Shown here piece after piece: positions 38,570-47,908 of a stretch of DNA of 64,000 bases. The notes below the pieces were generated by a model. That model saw nothing but the letters and a program-made list of their open reading frames with translations. It ran no database searches and was not told where the DNA came from. The first letter of the stretch is position 1. Each line of letters begins with the position of its first letter. The translations under genes were made by a program, and so were the position numbers. The stretch is from a bacterium (GTDB taxonomy: Bacteria; Electryoneota; RPQS01). The stretch covers positions 1,993 through 65,992 of the forward strand of contig JAPKYT010000117.1 in the NCBI GenBank assembly GCA_026394155.1, written 5' to 3'.

Positions 38570-39182
38570 GGTGAGCCTTTCTGCTTAGTCGTGGAAGCGT
38601 GCTGGTGTGAAGTCACGTTCGGGATCATTTTTTTAATGTGCCTATTCTCTTGCATAAAGTCAAGGCCGTTCAGGTTTCACCATCTTTCTCGCCCCTTGCG
38701 CTGCATAGAGTAATGTGTTTTTGGAACATGCGCCGAATCGCATCAGGCCGACGTGTCTGTCAGCATGGTCACTGTCTCGATTGAGGTCACGGTGCGTCGT
38801 CTGAATAAGCAATCCTGCTTGCATGCCGACAATGGCGATGGAGTTGGCGGCGCCAGACAACTCACGACGGCGCTTCGCGCTCGCAGGAACTCGCCTTCTT
38901 GAACTCCATAGAGCTGTGGTCAACCTGCCGGACTGTACGTCATCAGAACAAACGGCATACCTTGCGCTACGGTATTGGGGTGTAGTTTGGGTTCGTAAGT
39001 TGCGGATTTTCCGTAGTTTTTGATGGTTTTCAGATTGGCCCGTTTGCGGGCCTTTTTTGCTTGGGTTTGCAGCCGTTTTGCTGCTGCAGGATCGAGCCAA
39101 GTATCATCCCTGCTGTGATAGTGATGAAAGCGGCGGCAGGCGATTCTCGGGCTCGTGCCGTTTCCATTAAGGTCTGCGCGCT

Positions 39183-39239
39183 TGTAGGGTCGGTCTGCGA
39201 CCGACTCTTTCCAGAGCGGGTCACAGACCCCGCCCTACA
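39183..39239. repeat. REP/MITE-like double-hairpin palindromic element, copy B.
   Basis: gtagggTCGGTCTGCGACCGA ctctttccaga GCGGGTCACAGACCCCGC cctaca. It sits in the divergent intergenic region between the giant T9SS gene and the GT2 gene. Confidence 0.7.
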
Positions 39240-39608
39240 CGGAACGGGAGGACATTTTTACGAAACGGCACTAGAGTTGAAGAGTCACAAGGCCGCGTCG
39301 CGGCGGCGGGACGCGACTGACCAGAGCAGCAGCGTCAGAATCGTAAAGTAGATGGTGTCCAACACGTGCTCGAAATAGTGGGATGTCAACAGATAGAGCA
39401 CACTGAGAGTGGCGAATGGGGTCCCGCCGAGCCGGGTTAAGTCGTCGCAACCCGGCCGGAATTCCTGCTCCTTGTGTCATCCTGAAGGTCGCTCTTCCTG
39501 GCTTGCGGCCTGAAGGATCACCAAGAGTTTCCGAATTCGACTTTCTGTGATCCTTCACCCCCGTCGAAGACTTCGGGGGTTCAGGATGACGTGACCGCCG
39601 AGTAAACT

Positions 39609-40568
39609 ATGCCTGAATACTGTTACCCCTTCAGCCTTTCCATCGTGATTCCCGTTTACAACGATGAGGAAGTCTTGCCGGAGCTTCACCGACGGCTGGT
39701 GCCCGTGCTCAGCGAACTTGCGGCCGACTGGGAGATCGTCTTCGTGGACGACGGCAGCCGCGACGGCTCACTGCGCGTGCTGCGCGATGCGCAAAACACT
39801 GATCCGCACGTTCGCATTGTGCGGCTGGCGCGCAACTTCGGGCAGGCCAACGCCGTCACTGCCGGACTCGATCATGCGCGCAACGAGGTGGTGGTGATCA
39901 TGGATTCCGATTTGCAGGACCGGCCCGAGGACATTCACCGGCTGGTGGACGCGATGGTGGAGAAGGACGTCCCCGTAGCCATCGCCCGCTGGATTTCACG
40001 TCAGGACAGCGCGTTCAAGCTGGCCGTGTCACGCCTTTTCTACGTCGTCACCGATCGCATCACCAGTCTCAAGCGCGAGCCTCGGCTCGGCGTGTTTCGC
40101 GCCATGAAGCGCGTGGTGGTGGATGAGCTCAAGGCCATTCCCGAGAAAACGGCTGACACCATCAGCCTGATGTTGTGGCTCGGCTTCGAATATGTCCCGG
40201 TGGATCTGCATCGCGATCCGCGCTACGCCGGCACCAGCGGCTACACGCTGACCAAGATGCTGAAACTGTCGTTCGATCTGATCTTCTCCTTCTCGCTCTT
40301 TCCCATCCGTGTGGCGAGTGTCTTGGGCGTGATTCTGAGCATCGCCGGCGTGCTGCTCGCCGCCTATTTTGTGATTCAGAAGCTCTTCTTGCGCAACGTG
40401 GTTCCCGGCTGGACATCACTGGTCGTCATCGTCCTCTTTCTTTTTGGAGTGACGTTCTCGTTCTTGGGCATAATCGGCGAGTATATGGGTCGCATCTTCA
40501 TGGAGACGAAAAGGCGGCCCAAGTACGTGGTGGGGAAGGTGTATGAACCAACCAAGGAAAAACCGTGA
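39609..40568 (+). CDS. Family 2 glycosyltransferase, polyprenyl-phosphate sugar transferase type (ArnC/DPM1-like) with two C-terminal TM helices.
   Basis: GT2 motifs: SIVIPVYNDEE, VFVDDGSRDGS, DSDLQD (DxD). C-terminal TM helices characteristic of ArnC/GtrB-like enzymes. Confidence 0.85.
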   Translation: MPEYCYPFSLSIVIPVYNDEEVLPELHRRLVPVLSELAADWEIVFVDDGSRDGSLRVLRDAQNTDPHVRIVRLARNFGQANAVTAGLDHARNEVVVIMDSDLQDRPEDIHRLVDAMVEKDVPVAIARWISRQDSAFKLAVSRLFYVVTDRITSLKREPRLGVFRAMKRVVVDELKAIPEKTADTISLMLWLGFEYVPVDLHRDPRYAGTSGYTLTKMLKLSFDLIFSFSLFPIRVASVLGVILSIAGVLLAAYFVIQKLFLRNVVPGWTSLVVIVLFLFGVTFSFLGIIGEYMGRIFMETKRRPKYVVGKVYEPTKEKP

Positions 40569-41236
40569 CCGCAAAGAAAATCATCTTGCTCGGCGGATTG
40601 GGTAATGCTACGGTGATCGCCGCAGACGTTAAGGATGCACGCCGGCGGGGATTTGATGAGTGGGATGTGGCCGGCTATCTCAATGACCGCATGCAGGTCG
40701 GTGAGGATCTGGAGGGTCTGCCCGTTCTGGGCGCGCTCAAGGACGTGCCGCGTTTCCTCGATCAAGGCTTCTATTTCATCAACACCATTTACCGCATTGA
40801 CGGGCAGGATTTGCGCATCGCCCTCTTCGAGAAGCTGGGCATTCCCGACGAGCGCTTGGCCACCTTCGTGCACCCCTTGGCCTACGTAGCGGGCAATTCC
40901 GTGCTCGGTCCCGGCACCGTCGTCATGCCGCATGCCTCCATAGCGTCGGGAACCCGGATCGGACGTTGCTGTCTAATCGCATATAATGTACTCATCGGCC
41001 ACAACGATGTCATCGGCGATTATTGTGACGTTGCGTCCCAAGCCTGCGTGGGCTCGTATCTGAAGATTGGCCGCGGCGTACACATCGGCCTGAATTCGAC
41101 CATTCGCGAGAACCTTACTCTGGGTGACTGCTGCGCACTGGGTATGGGTGCGGCACTTCTGAACGACATGAAAGATTACGAGATTTGGGCGGGAGTGCCG
41201 GCCAAGTTCCTGCGCATGGCCAGGAGGGAGCTGTGA
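40565..41236 (+). CDS. Sugar N-acetyltransferase of the NeuD/PglD hexapeptide-repeat family.
   Basis: N-terminal Rossmann-like KIILLGGLGNA, then left-handed beta-helix repeats (IGRCCLIAYNVLIGHNDVIGDYCDVASQACVG...). GTG start overlapping the GT2 stop. Confidence 0.8.
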   Translation: MTAKKIILLGGLGNATVIAADVKDARRRGFDEWDVAGYLNDRMQVGEDLEGLPVLGALKDVPRFLDQGFYFINTIYRIDGQDLRIALFEKLGIPDERLATFVHPLAYVAGNSVLGPGTVVMPHASIASGTRIGRCCLIAYNVLIGHNDVIGDYCDVASQACVGSYLKIGRGVHIGLNSTIRENLTLGDCCALGMGAALLNDMKDYEIWAGVPAKFLRMARREL

Positions 41237-41328
41237 TGACCTTGATGACCGCCGGATACGGATCGCTTGAGAATCATGGTGCTTTTGTTGCAGGGTAGTT
41301 CACCCGACACATGCCATAGCGGAGAAAT

Positions 41329-42490
41329 ATGCACGAGACGATTCCCAAATCATTCATTCCCTTCAACCGGCCGTTCATCGTCGGCAAAGAGCTTTTTTTA
41401 CATTTCGCAGGCGGTGCTGGGCGGCAAACTCGCCGGTGACGGCCTGTTCACAAAACGCTGCAATCAGTGGCTCGAAAAAAAATTCAATGCGCGGAAGGTG
41501 CTGCTCACGACTTCATGCACTACGGCCACGGAAATGTGCGCGATCCTGGCCGAAGTGGGACCCGGTCACGAAATTATCATGCCTTCCTTCACCTTTGTCT
41601 CCACGGCCAACGCCTTCGTGCTGCGCGGTGCGCGCATCCGCTTTGTGGACATCCGGCCCGACACGCTGAACATGGACGAGACGCTGATCGAAGCCGCCGT
41701 CACGCCCCGCACCAAAGCCATCGTCCCGATGCACTACGCCGGCGTGGCCTGCGAAATGGACACGATTCTCGACATCGGGCGTCGTCACAACCTCTTGGTG
41801 ATCGAGGACGCGGCGCAGGGCGTGAACGCCACCTACAAGGGACGGTTTCTGGGAACTCTGGGCCAGCTTTCGGCCTACAGCTTCCACGAAACGAAGAACT
41901 TCATCAGCGGCGAGGGCGGGGCCATTATCATCAACGAGGAACGCTTCATCGAGCGGGCCGAGATCATTCGCGAAAAGGGCACCGACCGCAGCAAGTTCTT
42001 CCGCGGCGAAGTGGACAAATATACGTGGGTGGACATTGGTTCTTCGTATCTGCCGTCGGAAATCATCGCCGCCTTTCTCTACGCGCAGCTTGAGGAGGCG
42101 GACGTCATCACCCGCAAGCGCTGGGCGATTTTCAACTACTATGCGCAGCAATTGCAGCCCTTGCAGGATCGCGAATTTCTGCGGCTGCCGCACTGTCCCG
42201 TCGAATGCCACCACAACGCGCATTTGTTTTACATCATCATGCCCACGGCACATGACCGCGACCGGCTGATCCCGTTTATGGCGGCGCGCGGCGTACAAGT
42301 GGTGTTCCATTATATCCCGCTGCACACGTCGCCCATGGGACGAAAGATCGGCCACAGCGACGGCGACCTGCCCGTGACCGAGGATTTGGCTCCGCGACTG
42401 CTGCGCCTGCCCTGCTATTTCGAACTGGAGAAAAGCGATCAGGACCGAGTGGTGACGGCGATTGAGGAATATTTTCAGTCGCGACGCTGA
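41329..42490 (+). CDS. DegT/DnrJ/EryC1-family sugar aminotransferase (WecE/ArnB-like). The reading frame is broken by a +1 T in a T7 homopolymer at 41393-41399.
   Basis: N-terminal MHETIPKSFIPFNRPFIVGKELF is in frame 1. After the T7 run the homologous sequence continues in the ORF-track frame (YISQAVLGGKLAGDGLFTKRC...SFTFVSTANAF...HYAGV...SFHETKN...). Removing one T restores a continuous WecE-like protein. Confidence 0.75.
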
Positions 42491-42520
42491 CGAACCCTGG
42501 TTGCGGGCAAAGGAGATGGT

Positions 42521-43486
42521 GTGAAACGGAGCCACGTTTTTGTCTTTCTGCTGACGGCCACGCTGCTGGCGACCTTCCATATTGGAGTTCGTTTTGCGGT
42601 CATTGACCAGCAGGTGCAGCTTCCGGGCATCTACCGGCGGCTGGACCCGACGCTGTTCAGCCGCGATTTCGTGTATCAGGGGAGTCCCGCTTTCGGCCCG
42701 CGCTTCGTTGTGAACACGGCGCTCACCGCTCTTGCCCGGCTCTTTCCGATGGATGCGCTGTCGCTGGTGGGCGTGCTCCTCATCAATTTCCTGATGCTGT
42801 GGGTTACCTACCGGGTCACCGAAGAGCTGTTTCCGGAGGCGCGACTGGCTCCGCTCATTGCGGTGGTGCTGGTGGGGGCGCTGGGCCTGAGCGTGATTCC
42901 TCTGGGCAATCTCATCGTGCAGGAAATGGATCCGCGCGCGATGGCGATGCCGGTGGCGATGTTCTGCCTTTGGCTGGCGCTGCGCGGAAAGCCGGTCTGG
43001 TGTTCGATCGTGGCCCTGATCGGGTCGCTCATTCATCCCATCCTGCTCATCAACGCTATGCTGATCGCGCTGGCCGGCATGGGAACTTCATGGATCGCCG
43101 GAGCGCTTACCAAAGGGCGGGTCGGCGAGGACAGGCCGCGGCGCGCTTTTGTTTTTCTGGCCATCGGCGGCGGACTTTTCGTCGCGGTCTCCTATCTCCT
43201 TTGGATGGTGGCCTTCAGCATGAGGGCCGTGACCGACAAGACGCTGTTTGACATGCTGCAATTCCGCGGGCCGCGCTACTATCACCTGCTTGCTTTCTGG
43301 GGGATCAAGCCGTTTGTTCTCTTCGCGGTGTTCACGTTGGCAGCTCTCTGGGCATGGCTTTGGTGGTATCCGCAGGCGCGTGGCGGCAAGCGCGCGGCGT
43401 TTACGGCTCTCGGATTGATTCTCGGCACCGGCGTCCTGCTGGCCGGGGCGGTGGTGTTCGTGGAATTCATTCCCAGCCGCACGTAG
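42521..43486 (+). CDS. Polytopic membrane protein (about 9 TM), possibly the N-terminal part of a GT-C-fold glycosyltransferase. It is terminated by an in-frame TAG that is immediately followed, in the same frame, by the next ORF.
   Basis: Hydrophobic profile only; no strong motif. Same frame as 43487..44428 with a single TAG between them. Confidence 0.55.
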   Translation: MKRSHVFVFLLTATLLATFHIGVRFAVIDQQVQLPGIYRRLDPTLFSRDFVYQGSPAFGPRFVVNTALTALARLFPMDALSLVGVLLINFLMLWVTYRVTEELFPEARLAPLIAVVLVGALGLSVIPLGNLIVQEMDPRAMAMPVAMFCLWLALRGKPVWCSIVALIGSLIHPILLINAMLIALAGMGTSWIAGALTKGRVGEDRPRRAFVFLAIGGGLFVAVSYLLWMVAFSMRAVTDKTLFDMLQFRGPRYYHLLAFWGIKPFVLFAVFTLAALWAWLWWYPQARGGKRAAFTALGLILGTGVLLAGAVVFVEFIPSRT

Positions 43487-44428
43487 TTGTCGCTGGACGC
43501 CAGCAGCGGGATCTTCGCCGCGCGTTGGATGGGATTGCTCCTGATTGCGCGTTCCATCAGTGTGCTCGTCGAGGCTTCGGTGAGCGGGCAGCCGGGCGCG
43601 GTGGGTAGCGCGGCCATTCTGCTTGCGGGTACGGGACCCGCCATGCCGTTCACCGCGCTTTGGGGCCATCTTGTGGAATGGCTGCGGCGCCGGTTCGCGT
43701 CCTCACTTGCGCCGCTCGCGTTGCATTTCGGAGTGCTTCTCTCCATCGTGTTCGCGGTTCTGCTGTGGATCCGGTCGGGGTCTGTTTCTGAGACTGTGGC
43801 CCTGGTCCTGCTGGCTGCGCTGGCCTTCTGGTTTGCCGCTGTCGGCGAGCGCCCGCTGCGAGTTATCGTCCCGCTCCTTGCTTCGGCGTTTCTTTTGATT
43901 GTTGTTTTCTCCTTGAACGGCCGTGTGCCTTCGGAAAAGGTCTACCGGTTCACATCGCTGTTTCATCAGGTCATCACTCTCAAGGATGCGCGCGTTCTGC
44001 CGGGAGAGGGCGAGAGGCTTGCCGCTATGGCCGATGTCGCGGCTTACGCGCGCCGGGCAACGCCCAAGGACGCTCTCTTCCTCACGCCGCCGGTGGGAGC
44101 GTTCTTCCGCCTCACGGCCCTGCGCTCGGTCCTGGTGGATTTCAAGGGTATGCCCGACCATAGTGAAGGCATGCTCGAGTGGCGTGGCCGTCTCGAAAAC
44201 TGCTACGGCGGCACAACCAAGTTCGGCTATGACGCGGTGGACGAGATGGACCGCTGTTATCATGCCATGACCGCGGAAAGGCTGGTTTCGATCCGCTCTC
44301 TGTATGGCGCAGACTACGCGCTTCTCTACGCCGACACGCCGGATGTAGGACTGCCCGTGCTGTACGCAAACTCCCAGTACGTTCTCGTTGACCTGAAACC
44401 GCTGGACGGGTTGGCCACGCCGAACTGA
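43487..44428 (+). CDS. Membrane protein with 4-5 TM helices and a C-terminal soluble domain. It may be the continuation of the 42521..43486 ORF, or a separate gene starting at TTG 43487 or ATG 43526.
   Basis: TM helices followed by a roughly 150-aa soluble C-terminal domain (DFKGMPDHSEGMLEWRGRLENCYGG...). A strong terminator follows. Confidence 0.5.
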   Translation: MSLDASSGIFAARWMGLLLIARSISVLVEASVSGQPGAVGSAAILLAGTGPAMPFTALWGHLVEWLRRRFASSLAPLALHFGVLLSIVFAVLLWIRSGSVSETVALVLLAALAFWFAAVGERPLRVIVPLLASAFLLIVVFSLNGRVPSEKVYRFTSLFHQVITLKDARVLPGEGERLAAMADVAAYARRATPKDALFLTPPVGAFFRLTALRSVLVDFKGMPDHSEGMLEWRGRLENCYGGTTKFGYDAVDEMDRCYHAMTAERLVSIRSLYGADYALLYADTPDVGLPVLYANSQYVLVDLKPLDGLATPN

Positions 44429-44458
44429 CGGAGACACGCTCGATCCACAGAGTAGAAG

Positions 44459-44492
44459 CAGGCGGACCCATTCGAGTCCGCCTGTTTTTTTC
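44459..44492 (+). terminator. Strong rho-independent terminator.
   Basis: Stem caggcggac/gtccgcctg (9 bp) with loop ccattcga, then T7. Confidence 0.75.
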
Positions 44493-44529
44493 TGCCGGCG
44501 CGAATCCGGTTTATTTCCATAGCGGCAGC

Positions 44530-44883
44530 TCAGGAACGAACAAAGTGCGGCATCTCCCACGGAATTTCCAGCGACAGCTCGACAAAGCCGCTATACGCGC
44601 CGTCATCGTGCCACGGAACCTGATAGATCAGTTTTCGCACGCCGTCTTTTTCAATCGTATATATGTTGGCCGTGCCCTCTTCCAGCATGCGGCGCAGCCT
44701 GCTGCGCGCCGGCTCGGGGTGACAGTCCAATAGGTTCGATCCGACAAGTTTTTCGCCGCCGTCGGCGGCAAAAATCTCGCAAGCACGATCATTCATGTAC
44801 TGAATGATTCCGTCCCGGTCGCAAACCGTAACCGCGAAAGGGGCGGCGCAAAGCCACACCGGCAGTGAAGGGCGGGAGATCAT
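44530..44883 (-). CDS. Small stand-alone PAS-domain protein, translationally coupled to cstA.
   Basis: PAS-like core (PFAVTVCDRDGIIQYMNDRACEIFAADGGEKLVGSNLLDCHPE). The ATG at 44883 overlaps the cstA TGA (ATGA). The upstream part of ORF 44530..45306 overlaps cstA and is rejected. Confidence 0.65.
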   Translation of the reverse strand: MISRPSLPVWLCAAPFAVTVCDRDGIIQYMNDRACEIFAADGGEKLVGSNLLDCHPEPARSRLRRMLEEGTANIYTIEKDGVRKLIYQVPWHDDGAYSGFVELSLEIPWEMPHFVRS

Positions 44884-46646
44884 GGCGTGCTTCCTCGTTT
44901 CTCCGACAGCGACGCGCGCGCCGATGCCGGTCTGAAGAATGTGCGCACCACCAGCACGGTCACTCCCACGGACAAGACGAGCAGCAACACGTCCGTGACC
45001 ATCAGCAGCACATTGCGCTGCTCGATATACTTGCGGAGCAGGATGAAAAGCGACGCAAGTGTGGTCAGAATCATGAACAGCGCCGGCAGCAGGGCGAAGG
45101 CGTACTTCTTTCCCCGCAGCAGCAGCCAAGCCGACACCGCCAAAAGACCCAGCGCGGCCAAGAGCTGATTGGCCGTGCCGAAAATCGGCCACAGCGCACT
45201 GAACGCGTTGGCATAAGCCAGCACCCACATCAACGCCACCGATAGGCCGGCATTGAACCAGTGATGGCGAAGCAACGCTGGCGGGTTTTTGAACAGAATC
45301 GCCCACAGCTCCTCAAACAAATAACGGTTGAGACGAACTGCCGCGTCCAGCGTCGTCACCACGAATCCCTCCACGAGAAGAATGCCGAACACCGTGCCCA
45401 GCGCCGTCGGGATGCCCAAGCTGTGATGAAAGAGCTGCCCGGCGGCCAGTGAGAAACCCAGAATCGGATTCGATTTCACGCCCGGATCGGTCGGCCAGAC
45501 CACCGATTTGTAGTCGGCGAAGCTCAGAGCCGCGCCGATGGTGAGCAGCACACAGACGGCCAGGAGCGATTCGAGCAGCATGGCGTTGAAACCCACCTTG
45601 CGCGCGTCCGTCTCTTGCGAGAGTTGTTTTCCCGTCGTCCCGCCCGCCACCAGCGAATGAAAGCCCGAGATGGCCCCGCAAGCGATGGTGATGAACATCA
45701 TCGGCCAGATCAAGCCGAGGTTCTGCATGCCCTCGCTGAGGTTGAATTGCGGCACCGACACGGACAAACCGCCCAGCCCTCCGACCACCAGCGATACCAC
45801 CATGAGAAGGATGCCGCCGTAAAGAATCTGCACGTTGATGAAGTCGCGGGGCTGCAAGATCACCCACACCGGTGTGCCCGCCGCGAACAACACGTAGATC
45901 GAAATCAGAATCATCCACACCCGGGGTTCAAGAGTCACCGGGCAGGCTATGCCTAACAGAACCGATGCCACACAGATTACAGCGGCCAGCGCATAGGCCG
46001 CGGGGAGTCGAATGCCGCGGCGATAGAGGAGCCAGCCGAGAAGCGGCGAGCACAGCGTAATGACAATCACCGACATGGAGGCGATGCCGCCGATGCGGCC
46101 CATCACCACGCCATCCTTCACCACCGTCTTCAGAAACGTCCCGCCTTCGACCGCTCCGATCTTGGCCAGCGGCCAGAGCGAGGTCAGCGAAATGGCCGTG
46201 GCACTGAGAAACGACGAGGTGACGAGCACGATCATCACAATCGTGAAGCCGATGAACAGGTTGAACCCCGCGGGTCCCAGCGTGCGGCGCGCGACCTCCG
46301 CCATGGACTTGCCGCCCTCGCGCATGCTGATGAAGAGCGTCGTGAAATCGTGCACGGCGCCGATAAAGATGCCGCCCAAAACCACCCACAGCCAGGCCGG
46401 CAAAAAGCCGTAGAGCGCGGCCATGGTCGGCCCCAGAATCGGTCCCGCGCCGGCGATGGCCGAAAAATGATGCGCGAAAACCACGTGCCGCTTGGTGGGA
46501 ACGTAGTCGCGGCCGTCGTTGTACTGCACGGCGGGTGTGGGCCGCTTCGGATCTTCACCAAGGGAGCGCGCAATGTAGCGTGCGTAGGTGCGCGTCGCCA
46601 CCCAGAATGCCACCACCGCCAGTGATAGAAAGACCAGAACGTTCAT
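44880..46646 (-). CDS. cstA: Carbon starvation protein A (peptide/pyruvate transporter family).
   Basis: Full-length 588-aa polytopic protein with the conserved CstA N-terminus (VVFAHHFSAIAGAGPILGPT...AVHDF). Confidence 0.9.
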   Translation of the reverse strand: MNVLVFLSLAVVAFWVATRTYARYIARSLGEDPKRPTPAVQYNDGRDYVPTKRHVVFAHHFSAIAGAGPILGPTMAALYGFLPAWLWVVLGGIFIGAVHDFTTLFISMREGGKSMAEVARRTLGPAGFNLFIGFTIVMIVLVTSSFLSATAISLTSLWPLAKIGAVEGGTFLKTVVKDGVVMGRIGGIASMSVIVITLCSPLLGWLLYRRGIRLPAAYALAAVICVASVLLGIACPVTLEPRVWMILISIYVLFAAGTPVWVILQPRDFINVQILYGGILLMVVSLVVGGLGGLSVSVPQFNLSEGMQNLGLIWPMMFITIACGAISGFHSLVAGGTTGKQLSQETDARKVGFNAMLLESLLAVCVLLTIGAALSFADYKSVVWPTDPGVKSNPILGFSLAAGQLFHHSLGIPTALGTVFGILLVEGFVVTTLDAAVRLNRYLFEELWAILFKNPPALLRHHWFNAGLSVALMWVLAYANAFSALWPIFGTANQLLAALGLLAVSAWLLLRGKKYAFALLPALFMILTTLASLFILLRKYIEQRNVLLMVTDVLLLVLSVGVTVLVVRTFFRPASARASLSEKRGSTP

Positions 46647-46680
46647 CCTGTCATCCCCGTCATCTTGAACACTCGTTTGC

Positions 46681-47433
46681 TCAATGCGCCGTGAACAGTA
46701 ATTTCGCCGCCGCCAGAAGCAGCACCACCGCTAACAGCCGCCGCAGTAGGCTGCCGGAAAACTTGTTGGCTCCCAGATGCGAACCGAGAAGTCCGCCCGC
46801 AAAAGCCGCAAGCAGCGGGACAAGAACCGGCATGACGTCCAGCGTCCCGCGCACCGCCCTTCCGGCGATCCCCGCCAGCGAATTCGCCACGATGAAAATG
46901 GCGGCCACGGCCGCGGCCTGCTTGGCGGTGGCCCAGCGCGCAAGGATGAGAATGGGACTGAGCAACACGCCTCCCCCGATGCCGATCATACCCGAAAAAA
47001 GGCCAATGGTTCCACCCAGAGGAAAGGCCGCTGCGAGCGGGAGCGTTCGAGTCGGTTCATGCGGGTTCCTCAGCGGCATGAGCCCAAGCCTGAGCGCCGC
47101 CGCCAACAGACCGACGGCGAGCAGAACGAAATACAAGCGATCTGTAACCTTCAGGTAACCGCCAAGAAAAGCCGCCGGCGCCGATACGAAAACGAAGGGC
47201 CACAAAAGTCGTCCGATCAAGTGATGCGCACGCCCAAATGCGATCGCAGCCATCCCCGCCACCAGCACATTGAGCATGAGCGCGGTTCCCGACATCTGCG
47301 CCGGCGCAACAGCGAAGAAAGACAAGACGGCAAGATAGCCCGACGCGCCGCCATGCCCTACGGACGAGTAGAGCAGCGCCACCACAAAGAGCAGGGCGGA
47401 CACGAGCAGCGTGGATGGCCAAGACCACTCCAT
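46681..47433 (-). CDS. Sulfite exporter TauE/SafE family membrane protein.
   Basis: About 8 TM helices with the duplicated TauE motif (SSVGHGGASGY and GIGGGVLLSPIL). Confidence 0.85.
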   Translation of the reverse strand: MEWSWPSTLLVSALLFVVALLYSSVGHGGASGYLAVLSFFAVAPAQMSGTALMLNVLVAGMAAIAFGRAHHLIGRLLWPFVFVSAPAAFLGGYLKVTDRLYFVLLAVGLLAAALRLGLMPLRNPHEPTRTLPLAAAFPLGGTIGLFSGMIGIGGGVLLSPILILARWATAKQAAAVAAIFIVANSLAGIAGRAVRGTLDVMPVLVPLLAAFAGGLLGSHLGANKFSGSLLRRLLAVVLLLAAAKLLFTAH

Positions 47434-47440
47434 GTGGCTC

Positions 47441-47908
47441 TTACCCGTGTTGCGATGCGGCGCTCACCGCCGTCATCGCCTCGACTCCATCGCCAACGCG
47501 GATCGTCCCTCCGCAAACCACGCGCGCAAACAAGCCTTCGCGCGGCATGACGCAGTCGCCCACGCGGGCGTAGATCGAGCAACGCGCGTGACACACCTTT
47601 CCGATTTGAGTAATCTCCAATTTGCAGTCGCCGACGACAAGCTCATCACCTATGTGCAATGCGGTAAGATCAATGTCCTGAGTTGTAATATTCTCAGCAA
47701 AATCGCCCGGCCGCACGTCCAGACCGAGTGCGCGGATGGTGGCGATGCTCTCTACGGCCAGCAGGCTGATTTGCCGGTGCCACGTCCCCGCGTGAGCGTC
47801 GCCTTCGATGCCCCAGTTCTCGATCAGACGCGCATGGGTCACATTCGTCTTCGGCACGCCCTTTTCCGTGCTGACGGATATGGCGGCGATTTTGCCGCGG
47901 CCTACCAT
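47441..47908 (-). CDS. MOSC (MoCo sulfurase C-terminal) domain protein.
   Basis: MOSC-like segment ENWGIEGDAHAG...RQISLL...PGDFAENITT with a conserved Cys near the C-terminus. Start at MVGRGKIAAI (47908), 3 nt after the moeA stop. Confidence 0.7.
   Translation of the reverse strand: MVGRGKIAAISVSTEKGVPKTNVTHARLIENWGIEGDAHAGTWHRQISLLAVESIATIRALGLDVRPGDFAENITTQDIDLTALHIGDELVVGDCKLEITQIGKVCHARCSIYARVGDCVMPREGLFARVVCGGTIRVGDGVEAMTAVSAASQHG

Noticed and set aside
38660-39558. ORFs 38660..39100 and 39271..39558 in the divergent intergenic region upstream of the giant T9SS gene
   Set aside because: No coding bias or motifs. The region contains promoter-like AT-rich tracts, the palindromic repeat copy B and two hairpins (tgaaggatcac...gtgatccttca; cccccg...cggggg), and is better interpreted as regulatory or structured non-coding sequence.
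41513-43036. 507-aa minus-strand ORF spanning the aminotransferase and membrane-protein genes
   Set aside because: It is extremely His/Arg/Gln-rich and antisense to two plus-strand genes with homology or TM structure; spurious.
46777-47550. 257-aa plus-strand ORF antisense to the TauE gene
   Set aside because: Arg/His/Glu-rich low-complexity, opposite a clear 8-TM transporter gene.
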